This document shows, piece by piece, positions 8,424-18,007 of a stretch of 64,000 nucleotides of DNA; the first letter of the stretch is position 1; each line of letters opens with the position of its first letter. The notes under the pieces are model-generated. The model saw only the letters and a list, made by a program, of their open reading frames with translations. It had not been told where the DNA came from and made no database searches. Source of the DNA: an uncultured Candidatus Saccharibacteria bacterium (GTDB taxonomy: Bacteria; Patescibacteriota; WWE3; CAZQFB01); NCBI GenBank assembly GCA_964592525.1, contig CAZQFB010000001.1, positions 1,212 through 65,211 of the forward strand, written 5' to 3'. Both the position numbers and the translations under genes were made by a program.

Positions 8424-9667
8424 TTGATCTTAAATGGTTGAAAGAACATCCGGCAGAAGTAAAACAGATGCTCGCTTTAAGAGGGGTAGTGGTGGATATT
8501 GAACGTTTAATTGCTTTGGACAATGAGCGTTTAAAAGTACTGCAAGAAATTGAGGCAATTCGGGCGCAACGCAACGTGCTAACGCAAAATGACCGTGCAC
8601 AGGGTGTGGCGTTAAGGGCACAATTAAAAGAGTTAGAGCCAAAACTTAAAGCCTTGTCCCAAGAAGTCCTGGCGTTGCACGAAAGCATTCCAAATTTGCT
8701 GCATCCAGATGTGCCCGAAGGTACGAGTGAGGCAGATAATACGTTGGTACGTAATTGGTTTCCTACTGGGGAAACACCCCAGACCTTGTCATTTAAAGCT
8801 AAGAGTCATGAAGAACTAATGACTAATCTGGGTTGGTTGGATTTAGAGCGCGGGGCCAAAGTCAGCGGGAGTGGTTTTTTTTACCTAACGAGAGAAGCGG
8901 TATGGTTAGAATTAGCGTTAATCCAGTATGTGCTTAAACTGTCGCAAGCAAAGGGGTTTATCCCAGTTATCACCCCCGAATTGGTCCGGCAAGATTATAT
9001 TGAAGGCACGGGTTATTTGCCCAAGAGAGAAGAACCGGATATTTATAAACTAGATAACGAAGATTTATACCTCATTGCCACGGCCGAGATACCTTTGGCC
9101 GCTATGCATGCGGGAGAATTACTTAGCCAGGAAGAGCTACCCCTAAAGTACATTGGCTTTTCTTCTTGCTTTCGCAAAGAATCGGGTACTTACGGGAAGT
9201 ATCGTCGTGGCATATTTCGGATGCATCAGTTTGATAAGTTGGAGATGTTTGTTTTTACCACTCCTGACCAATCAATGTTAGCCTTTAAAGAAATAATTGA
9301 GTTGGCTGAAGAGATTGTGCAAGGCTTAAAAATACCTTATCAGGTGGTTAATATTTGCGCGGGGGAAATGAATGGTCCCGGTCATCTAAAATATGATCTA
9401 AATTATTATTCACCGGTTGATAACACTTATCGCGAGTTGGGAAGTGGGACTAACACTACTGATTATCAAGCACGACGCCTAAATATTAAATATCGTACTG
9501 CTCCGGGAACAACTGAATACGTGCATACTCTTAATAACACGGCTGCGGCGATGTCTCGTTTACCCATTGCCATAATTGAGAATTACCAGCAAGCAGATGG
9601 TTCGGTATTAATACCAGAAGTGTTACAAGAGTATATTGGTTATGAGGTCATAACAGGAAAAAAGTGA
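8420..9667 (+). CDS. serS: Serine--tRNA ligase.
   Basis: N-terminal coiled-coil arm and class II core (FRKESGTYGKY, RMHQFDKLE, GSG). Overlaps the lysS stop. Confidence 0.85.
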   Translation: MIDLKWLKEHPAEVKQMLALRGVVVDIERLIALDNERLKVLQEIEAIRAQRNVLTQNDRAQGVALRAQLKELEPKLKALSQEVLALHESIPNLLHPDVPEGTSEADNTLVRNWFPTGETPQTLSFKAKSHEELMTNLGWLDLERGAKVSGSGFFYLTREAVWLELALIQYVLKLSQAKGFIPVITPELVRQDYIEGTGYLPKREEPDIYKLDNEDLYLIATAEIPLAAMHAGELLSQEELPLKYIGFSSCFRKESGTYGKYRRGIFRMHQFDKLEMFVFTTPDQSMLAFKEIIELAEEIVQGLKIPYQVVNICAGEMNGPGHLKYDLNYYSPVDNTYRELGSGTNTTDYQARRLNIKYRTAPGTTEYVHTLNNTAAAMSRLPIAIIENYQQADGSVLIPEVLQEYIGYEVITGKK

Positions 9668-10185
9668 AGATAAAACGGAAATTACCTTTAAAAGCTACCC
9701 CCAGTAAAAAATATTTATTGGTTTGGGTAGTGGCTATCTATACTGGTTCAGTGCTAGCTCAATTTGGCGGCTTTTCTGATCTATCTATGTTAGCAATCTG
9801 GGGTCTTTTATTTTCAACGGTAATTACTATCACCCATAGTTTAAAAAACCACCTTACCTCCAAAATGCAGTCTTATCATAACATACTGGTGCTTTGTATG
9901 GGTTTTACCTTTCTTTTTTCACTGCTGTATTTGGTCTTACCCCAAATGACGCAATTGTTACAGCCTTCTTTTGTTTATGCTTTATGGCATTTGGTCATGA
10001 CTATGGGGTATGCCACGATCGTCAAAATATTTAAGGATACGACGCTATTAATCTCATTATTAATTTCTTTGCTCACTCTTAGCTTATATCTGATTCCTCA
10101 ATTTATGGATCTATATCCTTTAATCTTTGGTCTTATACAAGCACCTTTGTTATTAGTGATAGGTTATATTTATTTGCATGACTGA
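9664..10185 (+). CDS. Polytopic membrane protein, function unknown.
   Basis: Multiple hydrophobic segments. Start overlaps the serS stop. Confidence 0.4.
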   Translation: MKIKRKLPLKATPSKKYLLVWVVAIYTGSVLAQFGGFSDLSMLAIWGLLFSTVITITHSLKNHLTSKMQSYHNILVLCMGFTFLFSLLYLVLPQMTQLLQPSFVYALWHLVMTMGYATIVKIFKDTTLLISLLISLLTLSLYLIPQFMDLYPLIFGLIQAPLLLVIGYIYLHD

Positions 10186-10606
10186 TTGGCTGATCTTTAT
10201 TGTGGCGGAGTATTTAATTTACTTAATTGTGTTAGCGTTACCAGTTGTTATTTGGCGTGGCGAATTGAAGTTAGCTTTACGGGGTTTTTATTCTTTAGCT
10301 TCGGCTTATTTTATTGGTTCAATAATCAAATATTTTTTTCCGGTGGCGCGACCGGTAGGTGGGGTTAGTATGCTGGAAGCTCCCGGTTCTTCTTTCCCGT
10401 CTTTACATGCAGCGATGGCTACAGCGGTAGCAGTTTCAATTTTTCTCCAACACCGAAAATATGGCACGGTTCTAATTTTATTAGCAGGGATGGTGAGTGT
10501 AGCTCGAGTATTAGCTAATGTTCATTACACGCTGGATGTTTTGGTGGGGGTTTTGATTGGGGTGGTGGCAGCGTGGTTCATCCACTTAGTGCAGTTATAT
10601 ATTTAA
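10178..10606 (+). CDS. PAP2-family phosphatase (undecaprenyl-PP or lipid phosphatase-like).
   Basis: PAP2 signature motifs KYFFPVARP (KX6RP), FPSLH (PSGH-like) and ARVLANVHYTLD (SRX5HX3D). Confidence 0.65.
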   Translation: MTDWLIFIVAEYLIYLIVLALPVVIWRGELKLALRGFYSLASAYFIGSIIKYFFPVARPVGGVSMLEAPGSSFPSLHAAMATAVAVSIFLQHRKYGTVLILLAGMVSVARVLANVHYTLDVLVGVLIGVVAAWFIHLVQLYI

Positions 10607-10609
10607 AAC

Positions 10610-11374
10610 ATGACCATCTTTCAGGCTATTATACTTGGTGTAATACAAGGGTTAACGGAGTTTTTACCGATTTCTTCTTCGGGGCATTTGATTTTGGTTT
10701 CTATTTTTTTGGGTTGGGAAGTTCAAAGTCTAGCTTTTGATGCAGCGCTTCATTTAGGGACCCTTGGTGCGTTGTTGCTTTATTTTTCTGCGCAGTTAAA
10801 GAACCAGTTACGCAACCCCCTTTTTTTACAGGTGATCTTAATTGGTACTTTACCAGCAGTGGGGTTGGGTTTGCTTTTGAATGATTATCTAGACACGGTG
10901 CTTCGCTCTCCTGTGGTGGTGGGAGTTAATCTAATTTTAATAGCTCTAGTTATGTGGTTTGTGCAGAAACGTGCGCAGTCAAATCGAGATCAGACAAAAC
11001 TTACCAAAATTGATGGTCTCGTCATTGGTCTTTATCAGGCGTTGGCTCTTGTGCCGGGGGTATCTCGCTCGGGTTCAACTATTATTGGTGGTTTACAGCG
11101 GGGCTTGACACTGCCCGAAGCTGCTTCTTTTGCTTTTTTGCTTGGTTTACCTGTAATTGCTGGGGCGGCTTTGTTTAAAGTGATTGCTTTATATTTGAGT
11201 GCTGGTTTGAGTAAGACTGACTTCGGCTTGATGGCGGTTGGTATTGCTAGTGCGGCGGTGGTTGGTTTGCTTACTATTAGATTGCTACTTAAGTATTTGG
11301 GTAGTCATTCTTTGAAAATCTTTATTGTCTACAGAATTATCTTGGGGATTATTGTGCTGTGGTTATTTAGCTAA
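10610..11374 (+). CDS. uppP: Undecaprenyl-diphosphatase (BacA/UppP).
   Basis: N-terminal GVIQGLTEFLPISSSGHL and the internal PGVSRSGSTI motif. Confidence 0.8.
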   Translation: MTIFQAIILGVIQGLTEFLPISSSGHLILVSIFLGWEVQSLAFDAALHLGTLGALLLYFSAQLKNQLRNPLFLQVILIGTLPAVGLGLLLNDYLDTVLRSPVVVGVNLILIALVMWFVQKRAQSNRDQTKLTKIDGLVIGLYQALALVPGVSRSGSTIIGGLQRGLTLPEAASFAFLLGLPVIAGAALFKVIALYLSAGLSKTDFGLMAVGIASAAVVGLLTIRLLLKYLGSHSLKIFIVYRIILGIIVLWLFS

Positions 11375-11419
11375 GGTGGTTACTATTAATGCTATAATCC
11401 GAACACTAATTGGACTTTA

Positions 11420-13969
11420 ATGGCTTCATTTTTAAATAAAATCATTGATCTTAATGAGCGAGAGTTAAAAAAACTCACCCCTCTGGTGGATCAAATTAAT
11501 GCTTTAGAAGCAGAAGTTGCATCTTGGTCAGAAGCGAAGTTTAAGCAGCAAACTACTTTGTTCAAAGAAGAAGTTGGTTCGGCTTCCGACTTGGCTAGCA
11601 GTTTAGATACGGTTTTACCTTTAGCTTATGCCATGGTGAGAGAAGCGGCGGGTCGCACCGTAGGCATGCGTCATTTTGATGTCCAAATTATGGCGGGGAT
11701 AGTTGGTCACCAAGGTAAAATCTTTGAGCAGAAAACTGGAGAGGGTAAGACGCTAACTTCAACTTCACCGCTGTACCTTAACTCCTTGTCTGGTAGATCG
11801 GTGCACTTGGTCACTGTTAACGATTTTTTAGCGCAACTTCATACAGGTTGGAATGGTCCAATTTATTCTTATTTAGGAGTAAGTGTGGCTGCTTTAGTGC
11901 ACGATGGTGCTGTACTATATGATCCCGATTATGTTAACGAGACAGCTAAAGATGCTAGGCTAGTACATTTAAAACCGATTACGCGGCGAGAGGCTTATGC
12001 AGCCGATATTCTTTATGGCACCAATAGCGAGTTTGGTTTTGATTACCTACGAGATAATATGGTTAAAGATTTAAGGCAGAGAGTACAGCGTGATTATTAT
12101 TTTGCTTTGATTGACGAGGTGGATTCAGTTTTGATTGACGAAGCCCGCACGCCTTTGATTATTTCCGCTCCGGCAGAGGAAGCGGTGGATAAGTATTACC
12201 AATTTGCGGAGTTAGCCTCAAAATTAACTGCTAAAACAGATTACGAAGTTGACGAGAAAAGGAAAGCTGCTAGTTTAACAGAGATAGGGGTGCGTAAGCT
12301 AGAAAGATGGTTGGGGGTAGATAATTTATACGAAAAAGATTTTGAAACCTTGCATCATATTGAAAATGCGTTAAGAGCTAATGCTGTTTTTGTTAAAGAT
12401 AAGGATTATGTTGTGCGGGAAGGGGAGCTCATCATTGTGGATGAATATACCGGTCGCTTAATGATCGGCAGGCGTTATAGTGAGGGGTTGCATCAGGCAT
12501 TGGAAGCTAAAGAAAAACTCTCCATCCAAAGGGAATCCCGGACCTTAGCCACCATTACTATCCAGAACTATTTCCGCATGTATGAAAAATTATCGGGTAT
12601 GACGGGTACAGCAAAGACAGAAGAAGAAGAATTTTTTAAGATTTACGGCTTAGAAGTAGTGGTTTTGCCAACTAATAAATCAGTTTGCCGAAAAGATTAT
12701 CATGATGTGGTTTATAAAACAGAAACTGCTAAATATCGTGCCATTGTAAATGAAATTGCGACTTGTTATGAAAAAGGACAACCAGTTTTAATTGGCACCA
12801 CCTCTATTGAGAAAAACGAACTGATGCATGGTTTGCTTAAGCGCAAAGGCGTACCCCATAAACTGCTTAATGCCAAAAACCACTTAGAAGAAGCGTCCAT
12901 TATTGCCGAAGCAGGGCGTTTGGGGGCGGTGACCGTGGCTACTAATATCGCTGGTCGTGGGGTGGATATAGAGTTAGGGGGAGCTGGTCCTAAGAAATAT
13001 GAAGGTGAGGAATGGTCCGCAGAACGCGTGGCGATGTGGCAGCAAGAACATGGTCAAGTGTTGGAACTGGGAGGTCTTCATGTCATTGGTACCGAAAGAC
13101 ATGAATCAAGACGGATTGACAATCAGCTTAGAGGTCGCAGTGGGCGACAGGGTGACCCTGGCTCAAGTCGTTTTTACGTGTCTTTGCAGGATGATTTAAT
13201 GCGTATTTTTGGCGGGGAAAAAATAGCTAGCATGATGAGTACTTTTAAAATTGACGAAAACACGCCGATTGAAGTTGGTTTGATTAGTAAAACTATTGAA
13301 TCATCGCAGAAAAAGGTAGAAGGCTTCCACTTTGATCAGCGCAAGTACTTAGTTGATTTTGATGATGTTAATAATATTCAACGGGAAATTATTTACGCCA
13401 TGAGGCAAAAAATACTTTTAGCTTTAGAAGAGACCGCTACCGTTGATGCTGCCGATTTAGATTTTAAGACTTGGATGCTAGCCAAGTTATCGGCTTACGC
13501 GCCAAATATTAACACGGTTTGGGAGGAAAAAGAAAAAGAGTTGGGGTCGGAATTGTTTTTAGCTATCGTCCAACAAATCACTCTGGATACAATAGATGTT
13601 TTGTGGATGGACACGATTGATGTGCTGTCTAACTTGCGTGAAGACGTTAGTTTGCAAGGTTATGCTCAAAGAGATCCAGTGGTTGAGTATAAAAAAGAAG
13701 CCCGCGCTTTGTTTGATCGATTAATCACTGATATTTTTACTACGGTAGCCGATCGGCTCACTAAATTAACGGCTAATGTTTCTCGGGTGGAAAGGACAGC
13801 AAAACCCTCTGGACTAACCTTTTTGCACCCTGCTAGCAATGCTAATAGTGGGGGGAAAGCTTCTCAAAAACCGGTGACGATTAGAAAAGAGGCTAAAGTA
13901 GGTCGTAATGATCCTTGTCCTTGTGGGAGTGGTAAGAAATATAAAAAATGTTGCGGTCAGAAAGATTAG
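11420..13969 (+). CDS. secA: Preprotein translocase ATPase SecA.
   Basis: 849 aa. DEAD-like motor motifs and a C-terminal zinc finger CPCGSGKKYKKCCG. Confidence 0.9.
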   Translation: MASFLNKIIDLNERELKKLTPLVDQINALEAEVASWSEAKFKQQTTLFKEEVGSASDLASSLDTVLPLAYAMVREAAGRTVGMRHFDVQIMAGIVGHQGKIFEQKTGEGKTLTSTSPLYLNSLSGRSVHLVTVNDFLAQLHTGWNGPIYSYLGVSVAALVHDGAVLYDPDYVNETAKDARLVHLKPITRREAYAADILYGTNSEFGFDYLRDNMVKDLRQRVQRDYYFALIDEVDSVLIDEARTPLIISAPAEEAVDKYYQFAELASKLTAKTDYEVDEKRKAASLTEIGVRKLERWLGVDNLYEKDFETLHHIENALRANAVFVKDKDYVVREGELIIVDEYTGRLMIGRRYSEGLHQALEAKEKLSIQRESRTLATITIQNYFRMYEKLSGMTGTAKTEEEEFFKIYGLEVVVLPTNKSVCRKDYHDVVYKTETAKYRAIVNEIATCYEKGQPVLIGTTSIEKNELMHGLLKRKGVPHKLLNAKNHLEEASIIAEAGRLGAVTVATNIAGRGVDIELGGAGPKKYEGEEWSAERVAMWQQEHGQVLELGGLHVIGTERHESRRIDNQLRGRSGRQGDPGSSRFYVSLQDDLMRIFGGEKIASMMSTFKIDENTPIEVGLISKTIESSQKKVEGFHFDQRKYLVDFDDVNNIQREIIYAMRQKILLALEETATVDAADLDFKTWMLAKLSAYAPNINTVWEEKEKELGSELFLAIVQQITLDTIDVLWMDTIDVLSNLREDVSLQGYAQRDPVVEYKKEARALFDRLITDIFTTVADRLTKLTANVSRVERTAKPSGLTFLHPASNANSGGKASQKPVTIRKEAKVGRNDPCPCGSGKKYKKCCGQKD

Positions 13970-14083
13970 CTTGGCGCTGTTTTTTAAAAGCCAAATGATA
14001 TTAGCTACCGAAGCTATAATTAATAGCACACCTAAATTTACTTTCCATCCTTTGCTAGTGCTTTTTTTGCTAGAATTGTATAT

Positions 14084-15502
14084 ATGCGCTTTAAACTGGG
14101 GTTTTTACTTTTAACTATAGTCTTTAGTAACTTAGCAGCACCTGCTTTTTCAGTTAAAGCCGCCAGCCTTTCCCCCACGGTTAGCACAACACTATTAAAA
14201 AAGAAAAGCTCTTCTTCTTACCACCCTTTAACTGCCCACATTACCCTACACTTAACAATAACCAACGGTAAAATGGATAAGACAGTATTAGTTAAAGATT
14301 ATCTAGCTTCTACCAGATTAAGTCATGATCAAGTAGCGTCCTATTACCCTTATGGTGGTGAGAGATTGAATAGTTCGGATCTTGAAACCGATAAATTATT
14401 TACTAACCACCGCAAGCTGTCTGGAATATCTACTTATCAAATTGGGGCTAGGTTTTATTCGTCTTCTTTGGGAATCTTTGTCCAGCCGGATACTGTACAA
14501 GGAGATAAGTATGTGTACGCAGCAAATAATCCCGTTACTAACTCTGATCCTACTGGTAATATCTGTGAGGGTGTTGATGGCAGTACTTGTCGCCAAGCTA
14601 TTGCTAACTGGTTAATGTGGAATGCAGGTTTGGCTTATGGTTATGCTAGTGAGAAACCTTTGGCTGCTAAGCTGGCTCAACATTTTCTGTATGGTCACGG
14701 TAACCCTATTGATATTTCCACAGAATATGAACAAGCTCTGTTTGAAATTTATACCAGTTCTACGGGTGATTATTCCTTGCTTACTGATCAACAAAGGATG
14801 GCACGGATTAACAGCCAATTAGCTGCTGCCTTTGCACCACAACTCTGGGAAATGACCCCGGATGGTCCTGTGCAAATAAGTTCCGTTGCGGATGCTCGTT
14901 ATGATGTTGAAGTACTATATCCTCCTACAGTGACTAACTTGGCTACAGAGCAATTAGCTAATTTTAGCGAATGCCAACAGGTTAATATATCAGTGGTGGC
15001 AAGCCATCCTTCCGAGGATTTGCACTATGCGCTTAACCGACATACCGTTTCTGTACACGGTTCTCTCTATCAGGTTGCTAACAAGCAAAGTAGCGGTTTA
15101 CCTGTGTGGCAGCTTAGCATCGCTGACCCGCAAGTCTCAATTTATGATAGCTATGATTGGCATGAAGATCGGAGTGATAGTCGGGTCAGCACTTCTTTAT
15201 CTGGCATATTTGCGAAGAGAGGTTTAAACCCACCCCCATGGTTTATGCTTCTTTTTGGTGGTATCTATAATTATGAATTGGGTATGAATCACCATCAAGT
15301 TGGTTTGCTGCTTTCTAATCCTGGTGTAGGCTTAGCTAATACTTTTGATGTCAACGGTAGAATTAACGTTGGTAATGACTTGACTATTATTTTGCCGCAA
15401 GAAGCTGTTCCCCCCAGACCAACAGCGCCAGAAACAGCGCCTGGTTTGGCCTTCCCCGGTAGTGCTAACCGTTCAAACAGACCCGCTGCGCTAATATACT
15501 GA
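14084..15502 (+). CDS. Secreted polymorphic-toxin-like protein: signal peptide, an RHS-repeat-associated core end motif, then an unknown ~330-aa C-terminal domain.
   Basis: Signal peptide MRFKLGFLLLTIVFSNLAAPAFSVKAA. YQIGARFYSSSLGIFVQPDTV...YVYAANNPVTNSDPTGN matches the conserved RHS core terminus (Y.Y..NNP....DP.G). The downstream domain has no recognisable motifs. Confidence 0.55.
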   Translation: MRFKLGFLLLTIVFSNLAAPAFSVKAASLSPTVSTTLLKKKSSSSYHPLTAHITLHLTITNGKMDKTVLVKDYLASTRLSHDQVASYYPYGGERLNSSDLETDKLFTNHRKLSGISTYQIGARFYSSSLGIFVQPDTVQGDKYVYAANNPVTNSDPTGNICEGVDGSTCRQAIANWLMWNAGLAYGYASEKPLAAKLAQHFLYGHGNPIDISTEYEQALFEIYTSSTGDYSLLTDQQRMARINSQLAAAFAPQLWEMTPDGPVQISSVADARYDVEVLYPPTVTNLATEQLANFSECQQVNISVVASHPSEDLHYALNRHTVSVHGSLYQVANKQSSGLPVWQLSIADPQVSIYDSYDWHEDRSDSRVSTSLSGIFAKRGLNPPPWFMLLFGGIYNYELGMNHHQVGLLLSNPGVGLANTFDVNGRINVGNDLTIILPQEAVPPRPTAPETAPGLAFPGSANRSNRPAALIY

Positions 15503-15581
15503 TAGAGTATATTTGGTTATGAGTAGCCAAATAAACCAAACGGGTTAACCAATGTGGTTGTTTTTCATTGTGGGCTACCCT

Positions 15582-17321
15582 TTAGTAAGGGATACAGGTG
15601 TACTGCTTGCCTTCTGACCAAGGTTCGCCGCGCTCGTTATAAATCTGATTTTGATAATCAAACCATTCTTGAGATTGGGGTTCAAAGCAGATATGGATAT
15701 ACTTTTCGCCATCTTCGGTTATGAGTAACCGATTAAGTTCTTTAGTGGCAAAATCTTCTCTTACTTCACCTTCGTCTATTAAGCTGTTTACATCAACCAG
15801 TCCGTTGAGTGAATCACAGGTTAATGGGTTGCCCCTCATTAGCGGACACTGGGCTTGAGGGGGCACTTCTCCCCAAGGGTATTTTTGGAAGGTAGTGTAG
15901 TACCTTTCCAAGGCATTGATGAGTAATGTGGCATCACTTAAAAGTTGCATATCTGTTGCTTGGTCTAATTGTTCAACTGGATCAAGGAGCATTGGCGTAG
16001 CTGCTTCTGCTTCCGCTAATTGGTCTAAATATTCATTGAAGGGTTTTATGATCTCTGCTAATGGTATGTTGCTAACATCTTGAGTGCTGGCAGGTTCTAC
16101 AATATGAATAGGTTGATTGTGCTCGGATAACGTTGTTTCCAGAGAAAAGACAACTCTATCAGGCACCAGTGCTTCTTCGGCTGATACATAATAATCAGGA
16201 TATGACTGAAGGTATCTGGCTCCCAACACATTAGTGTGGTTTGGTAAAAGATAAGCTTGACCGATAGCACTAAAATCAGCTATTTCATATTCGGCCTTGA
16301 TTTTGACTGGAAATTTGGTCTCGCGATCAATACCGTACTGCAAGTCAATGGTGCTACTGCCGGGAGAACCAAAGTAGCGAAAAAGCTCATCAATATTTTG
16401 TTCTACTTGCTGCTTCGTATAACTGGAACTATAAAAATCATCTTCGTCGGTCATTAAAGCTACTAAGAATGATTTGACGGCCTCTTTTTCTAGTTTAATT
16501 AAGGTTAGATAATCGCCTTGTTCCTTTTCTGTTGCTGCTTCTAACTCAATTGCTTTGGCGGATTGTAATAACTTAGAGAGTTCATTTTTAAGTGTGGTAT
16601 GGTTTTTGTTCAAATTAGTTACTTGTTCAGCAATATCTTGATCGGTCCACTGGTTATCCATACTCCACCAAATATTTGTTAGTAAGTCGAGATTAAATAA
16701 TTTAATTTTAGGTCCTCTTTCTAAGAGGAAGTAGGTTTTATTGTTCATCACGATGATTTCACCCCCAATTACAGCAGGCGAATTAGGCACGAGCCCTTCC
16801 CCCATGCCCGGATAGAATATATCCAGACCATCTTTCCAGATTTGCTCATCATAGACATACTCCATAAATACTTTCGCTTTTGCACTGAACTCGACGTCAC
16901 TATCAGTTTCCGTTGAGACTTTCACTGGGGATTGGATTTTAATAGTTAATGAACCTAGGTTAGTACCCTTAGGGTCTTCTATTTTTAAAGATACTTCGCT
17001 AACTTCGTTAAAAGTAGTTAGCCTTTCTGTTGCTTTTAGTGAAGCTACGATCATAGTTTGCGGGGTGCGGGTGAGAGCGTTGCTGTTTAAAAGGGTGAGC
17101 AGGGGGGTTGGTAGCGACATTATTTGCGCTGGGTTTTTGCTTACTTTAGCGATAACTGCAAAAGCGCCAAGTGTTAATACCAACAGCGCGCCAAGGAATA
17201 AAAATATTAGCAGCAGGTGTTTTTTTATGCCGGTAGGGTGGGACTCGTTTGGAGCTATTAAATCATTGTCATTTGAAAGCGTAACATTAGCGGCGGTTTT
17301 GTTTCCAGCTAGGGGCAGCAT
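15582..17321 (-). CDS. Large membrane-anchored extracytoplasmic protein, function unknown.
   Basis: 579 aa with an N-terminal transmembrane anchor (LLLIFLFLGALLVLTLGAFAVIA). It is in an operon arrangement directly downstream of the DUF45 gene. Confidence 0.4.
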   Translation of the reverse strand: MLPLAGNKTAANVTLSNDNDLIAPNESHPTGIKKHLLLIFLFLGALLVLTLGAFAVIAKVSKNPAQIMSLPTPLLTLLNSNALTRTPQTMIVASLKATERLTTFNEVSEVSLKIEDPKGTNLGSLTIKIQSPVKVSTETDSDVEFSAKAKVFMEYVYDEQIWKDGLDIFYPGMGEGLVPNSPAVIGGEIIVMNNKTYFLLERGPKIKLFNLDLLTNIWWSMDNQWTDQDIAEQVTNLNKNHTTLKNELSKLLQSAKAIELEAATEKEQGDYLTLIKLEKEAVKSFLVALMTDEDDFYSSSYTKQQVEQNIDELFRYFGSPGSSTIDLQYGIDRETKFPVKIKAEYEIADFSAIGQAYLLPNHTNVLGARYLQSYPDYYVSAEEALVPDRVVFSLETTLSEHNQPIHIVEPASTQDVSNIPLAEIIKPFNEYLDQLAEAEAATPMLLDPVEQLDQATDMQLLSDATLLINALERYYTTFQKYPWGEVPPQAQCPLMRGNPLTCDSLNGLVDVNSLIDEGEVREDFATKELNRLLITEDGEKYIHICFEPQSQEWFDYQNQIYNERGEPWSEGKQYTCIPY

Positions 17322-17344
17322 GTCTTAATTTTAACACCAAGTTT

Positions 17345-17836
17345 CTAATTTGAGCTACTTAGGCTATATTTAGCGTGAGCCTGTAAGTAACCCCGTGCCT
17401 TTTCTGTGTAAGGATATTGGTTGACCAACTGCCAAAATTGTTTTGAGTGGTTAGGTTCAAGCAGGTGGGCTAGCTCGTGGACAATAACATAATCTAAGAC
17501 CCAAGCAGGCATATGCAATAATTGGTAACTTAAACGTATGGTTCTTCGCTTGGGGGTACAGCTGCCGTAGCGTTTGTTTTGTCTAGCTGAAAACTTAATG
17601 GTGTTTAGCAATGCTTGTCCTTGAAAATACCTCTGATTGAGGTTTTCCGCTCTAGTTCTTAAGTGATTTATTTTAGCTTCCTCGGCGGCGCGAATTTTAT
17701 TTTCCAGTAATTTTGCTTGTTGCCGTAAAACCGGTTTCGTCAGGTACGCGGGTGAATTAATAGTTAACGTGATCCCATCGTAACAAGCCGTTAAAATCTT
17801 TTTCCGTTTACGGGATTTAATAATTTTAATTTTCAT
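17345..17836 (-). CDS. DUF45/YgjP-like (WLM/M48-like) HExxH metal-dependent hydrolase.
   Basis: HELAHLLEPNHSKQFW motif. Size and layout are typical of the YgjP family. Confidence 0.6.
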   Translation of the reverse strand: MKIKIIKSRKRKKILTACYDGITLTINSPAYLTKPVLRQQAKLLENKIRAAEEAKINHLRTRAENLNQRYFQGQALLNTIKFSARQNKRYGSCTPKRRTIRLSYQLLHMPAWVLDYVIVHELAHLLEPNHSKQFWQLVNQYPYTEKARGYLQAHAKYSLSSSN

Positions 17837-17981
17837 TACGCTTTAATTGTAGTCTAAGTTTACAGTTACTGGTTAACCTTGCTAATTATATAGTGCTCGT
17901 TAATAAATGGCGCTGGCAGCTCTTGTGATTATGCCTGAAATCATCACTAATCCTTCTCATCTAAACGACCTAGCAGAACAA

Positions 17982-17990
17982 TGGTAAAAT
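17982..17990 (+). promoter_or_regulatory. Extended -10 element (TGgTAAAAT) upstream of the Clp-like gene.
   Basis: tggtaaaat sits 18 nt upstream of the ATG at 18008. Confidence 0.35.
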
Positions 17991-18007
17991 AGCCGCAGGA
18001 ACTGCCC

